From contig DSAF01000089.1 in NCBI GenBank assembly GCA_011388305.1, forward strand, positions 1-39,469: a DNA stretch of 39,469 bases. Direction: 5' to 3'. Shown here one piece after another: positions 19,729-28,684 of this stretch. The position numbers were made by a program, and so were the translations under genes. Each line of letters opens with the position of its first letter. Positions within the stretch are counted from its first letter, which is position 1. The DNA comes from Candidatus Zixiibacteriota bacterium (lineage in GTDB: Bacteria > UBP14 > UBA6098). Under the pieces are notes generated by a model, which saw only the letters and a list, made by a program, of their open reading frames with translations, searched no databases and had not been told where the DNA came from.

Positions 19729-20463
19729 ATGAAAGGATTAGTTTTGGCTGGCGGGCTTGGCACCAGACTCAGGCCACTCACGAGCATTACCAACAAGCAT
19801 CTTCTGCCAGTCTATGACGCACCCATGATTTACTATCCTCTGCGCTCGCTCGTCGAGGCGGGCATTGAGGACATCATGATAGTCTGCGGCGGCAACCATG
19901 CTGGGGAGTTTCTACGCCTTCTCGGCAATGGCGCGGAGTTCGGCCTCAAACACCTCAATTACACATATCAACAGGACGAGGGCGGAATTGCCGAGGCCTT
20001 GGGGCTTTGCGAGCATTTCGTCGATGGCGAAAAGGCCGTCGTCTTTCTAGGCGATAATATTGTAGAGTCCAGCATCGCGGAGGCCGTCCGCGATTTTGAG
20101 AAGCAGGATGGCGGCGCGAGAATTCTCCTCAAAGAAGTAGAAGACCCGCGCGACTATGGCGTTGTCAAATTCGACGACGAGGGGAATATCGCCAAGATAA
20201 TCGAGAAGCCCGTCGATCCTCCGTCAAATTTCGCAGTGGTGGGAATATACATGTATAGCCCCGATGTCTTTGACATCGTCAAAAGGCTTGAACCATCGCA
20301 AAGAGGCGAGCTTGAAATCACCGACGTTAACAACGCATATCTCGAACGCGGAGAGCTAAGGTTCAGCAAACTCGATGGCTGGTGGGCGGACGCAGGCGCA
20401 TCAATCGATGCCTATTATGAAACGGTGAAGGTCGTGGGGGAGAGCATCAGGCGGCGGAAATAA
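19729..20463 (+). CDS. Sugar-phosphate nucleotidyltransferase (short glucose-1-phosphate thymidylyl/uridylyltransferase-like)
   Basis: N-terminal LAGGLGTRLRPLT pyrophosphorylase motif, ~244 aa. I prefer the ATG at 19729, preceded by GGAGA at 19718-19722, over the in-frame GTG at 19726. Confidence 0.8.
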   Translation: MKGLVLAGGLGTRLRPLTSITNKHLLPVYDAPMIYYPLRSLVEAGIEDIMIVCGGNHAGEFLRLLGNGAEFGLKHLNYTYQQDEGGIAEALGLCEHFVDGEKAVVFLGDNIVESSIAEAVRDFEKQDGGARILLKEVEDPRDYGVVKFDDEGNIAKIIEKPVDPPSNFAVVGIYMYSPDVFDIVKRLEPSQRGELEITDVNNAYLERGELRFSKLDGWWADAGASIDAYYETVKVVGESIRRRK

Positions 20464-20853
20464 CTATTCCCCGCCTACGATGAACGCCGTAAGCCTCTCT
20501 TTGACCCTGCCATAGTTGGGTTTGGCGCGGAATGATGCGATAGTTTCCGGCCTTCTTCGGGGGATTTCTTCGACCAGATAGAAAGTCCTTTGCCCTGCTA
20601 CAATCCTCGGGTGGAATTTGAAAGTGCGATCCTTCGCGCCGCCTCGAAATGCCCAGAACTCTAACTCCCAGTCCTCAGCTCCTTTGATATTCGGGTTCTC
20701 GAACGCGAGGACGACGAACTCCCCCGCGATGAACTCGTCAATCGGCTCGAAGCGCACTTTTGTGGTGATTAGATCGCTTCGATATGTCTTCGCGCAACTC
20801 AAAATCAACAATAATAAAGTTAACGCCATGATTGGCTGGATTTTACGCATCAA
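20464..20853 (-). CDS. Hypothetical lipoprotein (129 aa)
   Basis: Signal peptide MMRKIQPIMALTLLLLILSC with a lipobox-like ILSC. I recognised no other family motif. Its stop codon directly abuts the stop of the convergent nucleotidyltransferase gene. Confidence 0.55.
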   Translation of the reverse strand: MMRKIQPIMALTLLLLILSCAKTYRSDLITTKVRFEPIDEFIAGEFVVLAFENPNIKGAEDWELEFWAFRGGAKDRTFKFHPRIVAGQRTFYLVEEIPRRRPETIASFRAKPNYGRVKERLTAFIVGGE

Positions 20854-20907
20854 TTAACCTTTAGTTTAATAACTTGCTTTCTCCAAAATCATTCGTATAT
20901 TTAATTA

Positions 20908-21095
20908 CGAGGTTGAAGCAAAAAAAGATCTCTAACAACTAATCGAAGAAGGTAGCTCCCGGCGGGTTGCGCATCGGCGATGCAAATCGGCACGAACGCT
21001 ATACACCCACGGCAGTAGTAAATTCCTTTAGTCTCCCTACGGAGGAGATCTTCGAGCTTCAATCCTCTCAGCCGCCCTTTGGGCGGCTTTTTTTT
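20908..21095 (+). ncRNA. Candidate ~190-nt structured small RNA of unknown family, with its own promoter and intrinsic terminator
   Basis: Promoter TTGCTT (20874-20879), 16-nt spacer, TATATT (20896-20901). Closing helices are ttgaagc (20913-19) with gcttcaa (21056-62), and aagatctc (20925-32) with gagatctt (21045-52). Internal hairpins are gcatc-ggc-gatgc and ctcc-ctac-ggag. The terminator is at 21071-21095. No credible ORF. Confidence 0.35.
21071..21095 (+). terminator. Rho-independent terminator (+ orientation)
   Basis: gccgccc, ttt, gggcggc, then eight T. On the - strand (recA direction) the hairpin is preceded by A8 and has no U-tract after it. Confidence 0.75.
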
Positions 21096-21120
21096 ATAAA
21101 GAGTTCGGGAGTGCGCCCGA

Positions 21121-22164
21121 TTACTCTTCCTCTGGACTTTCCTTGGACGAAGGCTTAAACTCACCGGGGATTTCGAGCTTGGCCTTAATCTCGCCCGCGA
21201 TTTTCTGGGCGATGTCCGGGTTTTCCTTGAGGAATATCCGCGAGTTCTCCCTGCCTTGCCCGAGCTTCTCCTCGCCATAGGAGAACCACATGCCCTTCTT
21301 AGTGACGATATTCAAATCCACGCCGATGTCTAACAGTTCGGCCTCGTGAGAAATCCCCTCGCCGAAGACGATGTCGCACTCGGCTTTGCGGAACGGCGGC
21401 GCGAGCTTATTCTTGACGACCTGCAGATACACGTGATTCCCAACCGAGTCGTCCTTGACTTTGATTGTCGCGCCTCTGCGGATATTGATTCTAACGCTGG
21501 CGTAAAATTTGAGCGCAACGCCGCCAGACGTTGTTTCGGGGTTTCCGAACATGACGCCGATTTTCATTCGCGTCTGGTTGACGAAGACTACGGCTGTGCT
21601 GGAGCGGTTGATTGCGCCGGCGAGCTTGCGGAGCGCTTGGCTCATGAGTCTCGCCTGTGCGCCGACCTGCCTGTCGCCCATTTCGCCCTCGATTTCGGCC
21701 TTGGGGACGAGGGCCGCCACGGAGTCGATAACGACTATGTCCATCGCGCCGCTACGAACGAGGCTCTCGCATATTTCGAGCGCCTGCTCGCCGTTGTCCG
21801 GCTGGGCGACCCAAAGACTGTCGATGTTCACGCCAAGGGCTTGGGCATAGACGGGGTCCATCGCGTGCTCGGCGTCTATGAACGCGGCATATCCCCCGTT
21901 TTTCTGTGCTTCGGCAATTGCGTGGAGCGCAAGCGTGGTTTTGCCGGATGATTCCGGCCCGAAAATCTCGCTGATTCTTCCGCGCGGGATTCCGCCAATG
22001 CCGAGAGCGGCGTCCAGCGCGAGCGAGCCGGTGCTTATCGCGGGAATTTTCTTGGGCGGCCCGCTGTCGCCGAGACGCATAATCGAGCCATCGCCGAAAG
22101 CCTTGTGTATGCTCTCGATTGCCAAATCGAGTGCTTTACTTTTCTGTTTGTCGATGTCTGCCAT
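21121..22164 (-). CDS. recA: Recombinase RecA
   Basis: 347 aa. Walker [14 protein letters not shown] and the motifs [16 protein letters not shown] and [22 protein letters not shown]. The C-terminal tail is acidic. Confidence 0.97.
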   Translation of the reverse strand: MADIDKQKSKALDLAIESIHKAFGDGSIMRLGDSGPPKKIPAISTGSLALDAALGIGGIPRGRISEIFGPESSGKTTLALHAIAEAQKNGGYAAFIDAEHAMDPVYAQALGVNIDSLWVAQPDNGEQALEICESLVRSGAMDIVVIDSVAALVPKAEIEGEMGDRQVGAQARLMSQALRKLAGAINRSSTAVVFVNQTRMKIGVMFGNPETTSGGVALKFYASVRINIRRGATIKVKDDSVGNHVYLQVVKNKLAPPFRKAECDIVFGEGISHEAELLDIGVDLNIVTKKGMWFSYGEEKLGQGRENSRIFLKENPDIAQKIAGEIKAKLEIPGEFKPSSKESPEEE

Positions 22165-22235
22165 TTATCCTCCAGTGTTAAATTTTGACAAAATCATACA
22201 GATTTTGGGCGAGGCGCGCTGTGCCGCTAAGTGCC

Positions 22236-22310
22236 TGTCATTTCGAGCGTCAGCGAGAAATCTCGTTATCCAATTCCCGCGTCGCCTTACGAGATTTCCT
22301 CGAAATGACA
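22236..22310. repeat. 75-nt nested inverted repeat (22 bp total) in the thpR-recA intergenic region
   Basis: The outer 12 bp pair tgtcatttcgag (22236-47) with ctcgaaatgaca (22299-310). The inner 10 bp pair gaaatctcgt (22257-66) with acgagatttc (22289-98). There is a 9-nt one-sided bulge and a 22-nt loop. Confidence 0.7.
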
Positions 22311-22350
22311 CTGAAAGAGCGACGGACATACTCAATCCGCCCCCCAAAAC

Positions 22351-22920
22351 CTACAACCCAAATTCCGCAATCGGTTCGTATATGCTTCCGGCGGGAGTGA
22401 GCGTGCTTTTCATGAAAATAACAGTGTTGGCTGTGAACTCCTCGCGCGGTAAATCACAGCTCTCTATCGCCGAAATCAGCCGGTCAAAGCCCTCGCTTTG
22501 CCGGACTCTCGCTATGGTCAAGTGGGGTTTGAACCGCCGCCTCTCGCGCGAAAAACCCTTGCCGGCCATAGTCTTATCGATTGTGACGGCCAGCTCGGCA
22601 AGCCTCTCGGTCTCTCCGCCGATGGCCGCCCAAACGACTTTGGGCTTCTTGCCGCCGAAACTTCCGACGCCCTCTAATGATAACGAAAACGATGGCGTAT
22701 TTCCAACGGCTTTTACTATTTCTTGCGAAAGATTATCGATGCGCGATGTTTCGACATCGCCGAGGAATTTCAGCGTGATGTGCAGATTCTCCGGTCGGAC
22801 GAATGAGCACCTCGCACCGCTCTTGCGAAGGACTTTTGTCGCGCGCTCGTCGATGAGTTCGCGAATGGCCTCGGGAATTTCGAGGCAGATGAAAGTGCGG
22901 ATACTTTGGGAATTTGTCAT
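22351..22920 (-). CDS. thpR: RNA 2',3'-cyclic phosphodiesterase (2H phosphoesterase, LigT/ThpR)
   Basis: 189 aa starting at MTNSQSIRTF. It has the two HxTx motifs HITLKFLG and HLTIAR. The longer track ORF (to 23457) is an Arg-rich out-of-frame extension running through cinA. Confidence 0.85.
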   Translation of the reverse strand: MTNSQSIRTFICLEIPEAIRELIDERATKVLRKSGARCSFVRPENLHITLKFLGDVETSRIDNLSQEIVKAVGNTPSFSLSLEGVGSFGGKKPKVVWAAIGGETERLAELAVTIDKTMAGKGFSRERRRFKPHLTIARVRQSEGFDRLISAIESCDLPREEFTANTVIFMKSTLTPAGSIYEPIAEFGL

Positions 22921-24188
22921 AATTTGAACTCCCTGCTTCCGTCGGCCCATTGGTGATTGTCGTATTTGCCATCGAGTTCGAGCCAAAGCATTGTCAGCAC
23001 TGCTTGCGATGTCCTGTGGCGATGGGCCTCTCTCGGCCCGGCGATTATGTTCGAGCGGACTTTCGTTCCCTCGGGCGAGTGGAGCGCGTAGAACACCAGC
23101 CCGACTGGCTTTTCGGGCGTTCCGCCGGATGGCCCGGCTATTCCTGTGGTCGAGAGCGCGAATTTGGTGTGGAATCTCTCCGCCGCACCACGCGCCATCT
23201 GGCCAGCGACAATCCCCGAAACCGCGCCGTAATCCTCTATCACCGAGCGTTCCACGCCGAGAAGCTCGATCTTCGCATCGTTGGAGTATGCGACCACGCC
23301 GCCCTCGAACCACCTGCTCGCCCCGGGAACATCGACGAGACGCGATGCTATAAGCCCGCCGGTGCAACTCTCCGCGACTGAAAGGTTTAGCCCTCGCAAA
23401 GAAAGTATTTCGCCGATAATCGCCGGAAGACTTCCCTCGTTTGTGGAGTAGCACCACGGCGATGCCTTCTCGCGGACGGCCTCGCGGAACTTGCGGAAAC
23501 GAGCGTCGGCAACTTCGCCAGTAAGCCGAATCTCCACGCCGTAGAACGACGGATAAAACGCGATTTTCGCATCGGGGAAACTATCGATGACCGGCTCCAG
23601 AACGCCGAACAGCCTGCTCTCGGGGATACCGGTGGTAAATATGCTCTCTACTTTTGCCCTCGCGCCGCGCTCGAAATTCGCCAGATGGCCCGATACACTG
23701 CGCTCGAAAATATCCTTCATCTCATGCGGAACGCCGGGGAGCGCGATAATCGTGAAGTCGTCAAGCTCCATAAGAATCCCCGGTGCGACGCCCACGGCGT
23801 TGTCGAGTGGCGTCGCGCCTTCGGGGAGTAGTGCCTCGCGCGGCACTCCGCCCACCGGCACGATTAGCCCGCGCCGCCGATATTTTTCGAGAACAATATC
23901 GAGCGATTCTTTAGAGGCGACGAGTTTTCTTTCGGCGAATTTCGCCAGCGCATCGACTGTCAGATCGTCGTTCGTCGGGCCGAGGCCGCCGGTGATGATG
24001 CAGACTTTCACGCGGGACTTAACCCTGCGCAAAGCCTCGATTATAGCGGGAATTTCGTCGGCCACCGTCAATCGCTCGAGCGTGCGGATGCCCATACTAT
24101 CGAGATTTGCCGAAAGCCACGCCGAGTTCGTATCGACAGTCCTACCCGACAACAGCTCGTCGCCGATTGCGATTATCACTATGTCCAT
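22917..24188 (-). CDS. cinA: Competence/damage-inducible protein CinA (MoCF-binding domain + NMN deamidase PncC domain)
   Basis: I take the start at MDIVIIAIGDELLSGRTVDTNSAWL. The C-terminal half carries SVAESCTGGLIA. The stop overlaps the thpR start by 4 nt (ATGA). Confidence 0.9.
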   Translation of the reverse strand: MDIVIIAIGDELLSGRTVDTNSAWLSANLDSMGIRTLERLTVADEIPAIIEALRRVKSRVKVCIITGGLGPTNDDLTVDALAKFAERKLVASKESLDIVLEKYRRRGLIVPVGGVPREALLPEGATPLDNAVGVAPGILMELDDFTIIALPGVPHEMKDIFERSVSGHLANFERGARAKVESIFTTGIPESRLFGVLEPVIDSFPDAKIAFYPSFYGVEIRLTGEVADARFRKFREAVREKASPWCYSTNEGSLPAIIGEILSLRGLNLSVAESCTGGLIASRLVDVPGASRWFEGGVVAYSNDAKIELLGVERSVIEDYGAVSGIVAGQMARGAAERFHTKFALSTTGIAGPSGGTPEKPVGLVFYALHSPEGTKVRSNIIAGPREAHRHRTSQAVLTMLWLELDGKYDNHQWADGSREFKL

Positions 24189-24697
24189 GGCGTCCAGTTG
24201 GCGATTTGCGGCAGAAGCAGATTTACTAGATGCGCGAGGACGAATGCGTAAATCCCAGCGACTAAGTCGTCGGTCATGATGCCCCAACCCTCCGGAAGGC
24301 GCTCCTCGGCGGTCTTGGCCGGCGGAAGTTTCAAAATGTCATACGCGCGGAACACGAGAAACGCAATCGCCCACAGCACGGGCGTTTTAGGCAGAAAAAG
24401 AACTGCGACCATGCACCCTGCCACCTCATCGATAACCACCTTCGACGGGTCTTTTCCCCAGAACTTCGCGGCCTTCGATGAAATCGGCACGCCCAAAAGC
24501 GACACCGCTAACATTGCGGTCCAATACGGCCAAACATCGTTAGGCACAAACCATAGCACGGCGAATGCTATCGCACTCGCGACAGTCCCCGGCGCGACCG
24601 GAGACAGTCCCGCGCCGAAAAAGCTCGCCAAAGCTTTCCATAAAAAGCCGCCAGGCTTTGCCGGAGGCGAATCCGATGGTTTTTTTATTTTAATCAC
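24179..24697 (-). CDS. pgpA: Phosphatidylglycerophosphatase A
   Basis: 172 aa. It has GAGLSPVAPGTVAS and VVIDEVAGCMVAVL with a hydrophobic membrane profile. It overlaps the cinA start by 10 nt. Confidence 0.85.
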   Translation of the reverse strand: MIKIKKPSDSPPAKPGGFLWKALASFFGAGLSPVAPGTVASAIAFAVLWFVPNDVWPYWTAMLAVSLLGVPISSKAAKFWGKDPSKVVIDEVAGCMVAVLFLPKTPVLWAIAFLVFRAYDILKLPPAKTAEERLPEGWGIMTDDLVAGIYAFVLAHLVNLLLPQIANWTPWT

Positions 24698-24727
24698 GAG
24701 ATGTCGAGAGATAAGGCCGGAATCATA

Positions 24728-25792
24728 TTAACCGAACTGGAGCGCGCGCTCGAACTCGGCGGGACTGCTCGCGTTGGCGAGGGCGTCCTCGTAGCTAATC
24801 AAATCCGCCTTGTAGAGCTTCATCACCGCCTGATCGAAGGTCTGCATGCCATATTCGCTCGCGCCCTGCGAGATGTAATACGGGATGTCCTCGCGTTTCT
24901 CCTCATCGACTATGCACGCGCGAATAGTTTGCGTGATGGCCATGACCTCCGATGCGAGCACCCTGCCGGTATTGTCTTTCTTGCGGATAAGGCGCTGGGA
25001 AATCACGCCCCGAAGGTTCGCGGCCAGCTTGGCCTTGACCTGCACCTGTTCGTGCTCGGGGAAGAAGCTGATTATCGAGTTAATCGTCTCTTTTGTGTTG
25101 ACAGTGTGGAAGGTGGAAAGCACCATGTGGCCGGTTTCCGCGGCGCGTATCGCTGTGGCTACGGCGTCTGTGTCTCGAAGCTCGCCGATGAGGATAACAT
25201 CGGGGTCTTCGCGCATAGCCGAGCGCATCGCGGCCATGAACGTGGGCGAATCGACGCCGACTTCGCGCTGATTGATGACGCTCTTTATGTCGCTATGGAT
25301 GAACTCGATTGGGTCCTCGATTGTGATGATGTGCCGCCTACGGTTCTTGTTGATATGGTCAACCATGGCGGCCAGGGTCGTTGATTTGCCGCTTCCGGTG
25401 ACGCCGGTGACGAGCACCAGCCCGCGCGGCTCGAGCGCCATCTCCGATGCTTTTGGGGGAATCCCCAGCTTCTCCAACTCGGGGACATTCATGGGGATAT
25501 ACCGCAATGCGATAGAGAAGTGGCCTTTGGATTTGTAGATATTGACCCTGAAGCGCGCCCGTTCCTCAATGGAGTATGTCGTGTCGATTTCGGTGAACGA
25601 GGCGAAGCGCCTGCCGCGGGATTCGTTCAAAAAAGTGAACGCAAGCGCGCTTGTGTCCTGCGGGCGGAGCGGCGGCGATTTCGTGACGATAAGCTCGCCG
25701 AAAATGCGCACTACGGGCGGGCTTCCTACCTTGAAGTGAATATCGCTCGCCCCCTTCTTTATCACGGAGAGGAGGAAATCGTTTAAATTCAT
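24728..25792 (-). CDS. pilT: Type IV pilus retraction ATPase PilT
   Basis: 354 aa. N-terminal GASDIHF, Walker A GVTGSGKSTTLAAM, ITIEDPIEF, Walker B DPDVILIGELRD and His box TGHMVLSTFHT. Confidence 0.9.
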   Translation of the reverse strand: MNLNDFLLSVIKKGASDIHFKVGSPPVVRIFGELIVTKSPPLRPQDTSALAFTFLNESRGRRFASFTEIDTTYSIEERARFRVNIYKSKGHFSIALRYIPMNVPELEKLGIPPKASEMALEPRGLVLVTGVTGSGKSTTLAAMVDHINKNRRRHIITIEDPIEFIHSDIKSVINQREVGVDSPTFMAAMRSAMREDPDVILIGELRDTDAVATAIRAAETGHMVLSTFHTVNTKETINSIISFFPEHEQVQVKAKLAANLRGVISQRLIRKKDNTGRVLASEVMAITQTIRACIVDEEKREDIPYYISQGASEYGMQTFDQAVMKLYKADLISYEDALANASSPAEFERALQFG

Positions 25793-25922
25793 TGTCCGGC
25801 CCTCGTTATCATAATTAATCCAATAATACGCAAATAATTCGCCTTATCCAAACAAATTATTCAATAAATAACATTTTTTTTGTCAAAGATTTTGTTTTAG
25901 CTCGCCAACTCACTGCCCTCAA

Positions 25923-28511
25923 CTACACAGAGACGCCCGCATCTTTCATTTCATCTATCGCGTCGAGGTCTTTCACGAGCACCTCGCGGGCTTTCGAGCC
26001 TTGGAATGGTCCGACTATCCCCGCCATCTCCAGCTGGTCGATAATGCACCCCGCACGGGTATATCCAATGCGGAGCTTGCGCTGGAGGAAGCTCGTCGAG
26101 CCTTGCTGATACATGACGACAATCTTCGCGGCCTCCCAAAAAAGCTCGTCCTGATCGGCCTGTGCCGAGATGACATTTTCCTGCTCCTCCATATCGAGCA
26201 TGTCATCGGAGAACGGATTCGGGAATGTGCGAAGGTATTTTACAACTCGTTCGGTTTCCTCGGTTGTTATAAGACACCCGTGGATTCTTATCGGATCGGC
26301 GTATCCGCTGGGGAGATATAGCATGTCGCCGCGCCCGAGAAGTCTCTCCGCGCCGCCCATATCGAGAATCGTCCGACTGTCGATTTTACTGCGAACCTTG
26401 AACGCGATTCGGCTTGGAAAGTTCGATTTTATAAGGCCCGTGATGACATCGACACTGGGGCGCTGTGTTGCGATAATCAGGTGAATTCCCACGGCGCGTG
26501 CCATCTGCGCGAGGCGGGCAATTGGCTCCTCGATTTCGCCAGCGACGGTCAGCATGAGGTCTGCCAGCTCGTCCACGATAACCACGATGAACGGCAGTTT
26601 TTCAAGCTCCTCGCGCTCGGGGTGCGCATCGATGAACGCGTTGTAATCGGCTATCGAGCGGACGCCGACCTCGCTTAATAGCTTGTATCGAGCGTCCATC
26701 TCCTCTGTCGCCCAGTTAAGGGCGATGCTGGCGTGCTTAGGCTCGACGACTATCGGCGCGGCGAGATGCGGAATGCCCTTATAGACGGACAGTTCGAGGC
26801 GCTTCGGGTCGATGAGCACGAGGCGCAAATCGCGCGGGCTGAGCGAATAGACGAGGCTCGTGATAATCGAGTTGATGCAGACGGACTTGCCGCTTCCCGT
26901 GGAACCGGCGATAAGGAGGTGCGGCATCTTGGTGAGGTCTGCCACTGCGGGCGAACCGTCCACGCGCTTGCCCAGAGCCAGCGGAAGGGCGTGCTTTTTT
27001 GAGTGGAAATCGTCGCCGGCAATCTCCGACTTGATGCGAACTATCTGCATGTTGTCGTTGGGGACTTCGATGCCCACCGCGCCTTTGCCGGGAATGGGCG
27101 CGACTATGCGTATATCCTGCGCCTTGAGGGCGAGGGCGATATCGTCGGCGAGGTTTGCTATTCGGCTAACTTTGACGCCGACGGCAGGCTCCAGCTCGAA
27201 CCTTGTAATCACCGGGCCGGGGCAGATTTCGCGGATTTCGCCATCGACATTGAAACTTCGGAGCGTCTCGAGAAGCCTCTGCGAACGGCGGTGGAGCGCA
27301 TCGTCTGAGAGGCCGTTCGGCTCGTGTTCCGGCTCGACAAGGATGTCCAGAGGCGGAGGCGAGTATTTATATGTCGCCGAATGGTGCATCGGCTCGCTAT
27401 GGCTCGGCGAGACAGTCGCCTTTTCGACGGGCTTCTTCTCGTAGATGGACTTAATGTCCGGCGACTTATCCTCGAAAACAGGCTCGGGGAGCGGCGGCTC
27501 GTGCCCGATAACCGGCTTGTGCTCCCTCTCGAATTCCTCATCGTGGAAAGGCGATGCCAACGGCGGAATATCGCGCTTTTTCTCCGGCCCCGGCTTTGGA
27601 TCAGTGTCTCTCGCGAACTTCTTCGGGTCGATAGTCTCGGCCGGCGCAGGCGGCGGAGGCGGCGGTGGCGCGGATTTCTCATCAGCGAATGCGGGTTTGG
27701 GGTTCCTGCGAATCGGCGGCGGAATGAACTCCATGTAGTTGGAGTTCGAATTGTCGTTAGCGTGCGCTTTCTCCGGCGCGACCTCGATAGTCTCGGGCGC
27801 TCTGCGCTCGATTGGCGGTTCGGCGCTGGCAAATTCTCCGGGGATTAAGCTTCCGGTGATTCCGCCGGTGTGTTCTTCTTTCACCCTGCCGGAATATTTT
27901 GCGAAAATCTCTTCGCGAGATGATTCGTCGCGCGTCTGCTTTCGAGATTTGCGGGCGGATATCCAGCTTCTCGCGCCGGATATGCCCTTTCCGGCGGACG
28001 ATAATGTGCTTCGAATGTCGAGCCTCGTAATCACCGCGACGAAGGCCACGAAAAGCGTTATCGAGAAAGCATACGCGCCTAATCCGCCGAACACCGACCT
28101 CATTGTCGCCGAGAGCAGGAGGCCGTAATCGCCGACAATGTCCGTCGAGAGGACGCCGGAGGGCAAGCCCAGAAGGCCGGCGAGTATCGCATGGCCGGCG
28201 ACAACTTGCCCCGCAAGCACGAGAACTTTGCGAAGCGGAAGATGGAACGAACGCCCAACAGCGAAAATCATAAGCAGAACCGGCACGAACACTGCAAAAT
28301 ACCCAAACGCCGAGACTAAGGGCGCAGTGAATATCGCACCGGCAGGCCCGCCGAAGCGGTTGAATGAGCTTGCCGGAATAAACGACGACGATGGCGGCGC
28401 GCCGATTATCGACAGAAAAAGCCACAGCGCAAAGAGCGCCAGAAGAGAGGATGCGAGTATTTCTCTGAACGTGCGTTCCGGTTTCGCCTGCGATGCTTTC
28501 CTATTTGCCAT
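25923..28511 (-). CDS. ftsK: DNA translocase FtsK/SpoIIIE
   Basis: 862 aa. It has N-terminal TM helices and a Pro-rich linker (PPPPPPPAPA). The motor carries AGSTGSGKSVCIN and VVIVDELADLM. The C-terminal gamma winged-helix reads QGSTSFLQRKLRIGYTRAGCIIDQLEMAGIVGP. Confidence 0.95.
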   Translation of the reverse strand: MANRKASQAKPERTFREILASSLLALFALWLFLSIIGAPPSSSFIPASSFNRFGGPAGAIFTAPLVSAFGYFAVFVPVLLMIFAVGRSFHLPLRKVLVLAGQVVAGHAILAGLLGLPSGVLSTDIVGDYGLLLSATMRSVFGGLGAYAFSITLFVAFVAVITRLDIRSTLSSAGKGISGARSWISARKSRKQTRDESSREEIFAKYSGRVKEEHTGGITGSLIPGEFASAEPPIERRAPETIEVAPEKAHANDNSNSNYMEFIPPPIRRNPKPAFADEKSAPPPPPPPAPAETIDPKKFARDTDPKPGPEKKRDIPPLASPFHDEEFEREHKPVIGHEPPLPEPVFEDKSPDIKSIYEKKPVEKATVSPSHSEPMHHSATYKYSPPPLDILVEPEHEPNGLSDDALHRRSQRLLETLRSFNVDGEIREICPGPVITRFELEPAVGVKVSRIANLADDIALALKAQDIRIVAPIPGKGAVGIEVPNDNMQIVRIKSEIAGDDFHSKKHALPLALGKRVDGSPAVADLTKMPHLLIAGSTGSGKSVCINSIITSLVYSLSPRDLRLVLIDPKRLELSVYKGIPHLAAPIVVEPKHASIALNWATEEMDARYKLLSEVGVRSIADYNAFIDAHPEREELEKLPFIVVIVDELADLMLTVAGEIEEPIARLAQMARAVGIHLIIATQRPSVDVITGLIKSNFPSRIAFKVRSKIDSRTILDMGGAERLLGRGDMLYLPSGYADPIRIHGCLITTEETERVVKYLRTFPNPFSDDMLDMEEQENVISAQADQDELFWEAAKIVVMYQQGSTSFLQRKLRIGYTRAGCIIDQLEMAGIVGPFQGSKAREVLVKDLDAIDEMKDAGVSV

Positions 28512-28684
28512 AATTCCGACGCCGGTTTAATTAACGATATTTCGATAGCAATATAAAAATAGACATTTTTAATCAAATGTCAATAAAGAACTTAAAGAAT
28601 TTAGTAAAAGTTTTAGTTTAAGGGCGGGCGCTATATCACCCTTCGCTCGGCAAATATCGTCGTGAGGCTAATTCGTTGCGGGGG

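Noticed and set aside
20901-21278. 125-aa highly basic ORF overlapping the recA 3' end and the sRNA candidate region
   Set aside because: It overlaps recA out of frame for about 160 nt. The remainder is Arg/Ser/Lys low complexity that reads through a terminator hairpin. No RBS.
21878-22927. 349-aa + strand ORF spanning recA 5' end, the intergenic hairpin and thpR
   Set aside because: It crosses two confident - strand genes and a non-coding spacer and is Ser/Pro/Arg-rich. Artefact.
22921-23457. N-terminal 179-aa extension of the thpR track ORF (368 aa in total)
   Set aside because: The extension is an Arg-rich out-of-frame overlap with the cinA C-terminal domain. The canonical 2H phosphoesterase begins at MTNSQS (22920) with ATGA coupling to the cinA stop.
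24189-24287. 33-codon upstream extension of cinA in the track ORF
   Set aside because: CinA homologues begin at the M(D/K)I.II.IGDELL motif. The extension overlaps the pgpA coding sequence.
27640-27680. GGC/GGN-rich simple-sequence tract (ggcggcggaggcggcggtggcg)
   Set aside because: It is the complement of the poly-Pro run (PPPPPPPAPA) in the FtsK linker, so it is coding low complexity rather than a microsatellite locus or CRISPR-like repeat.
28562-28581. GACATTT-N6-AAATGTC inverted repeat upstream of ftsK as an operator
   Set aside because: It has only 7-bp AT-rich arms in a very AT-rich spacer, which is expected by chance. No supporting promoter geometry could be fixed.
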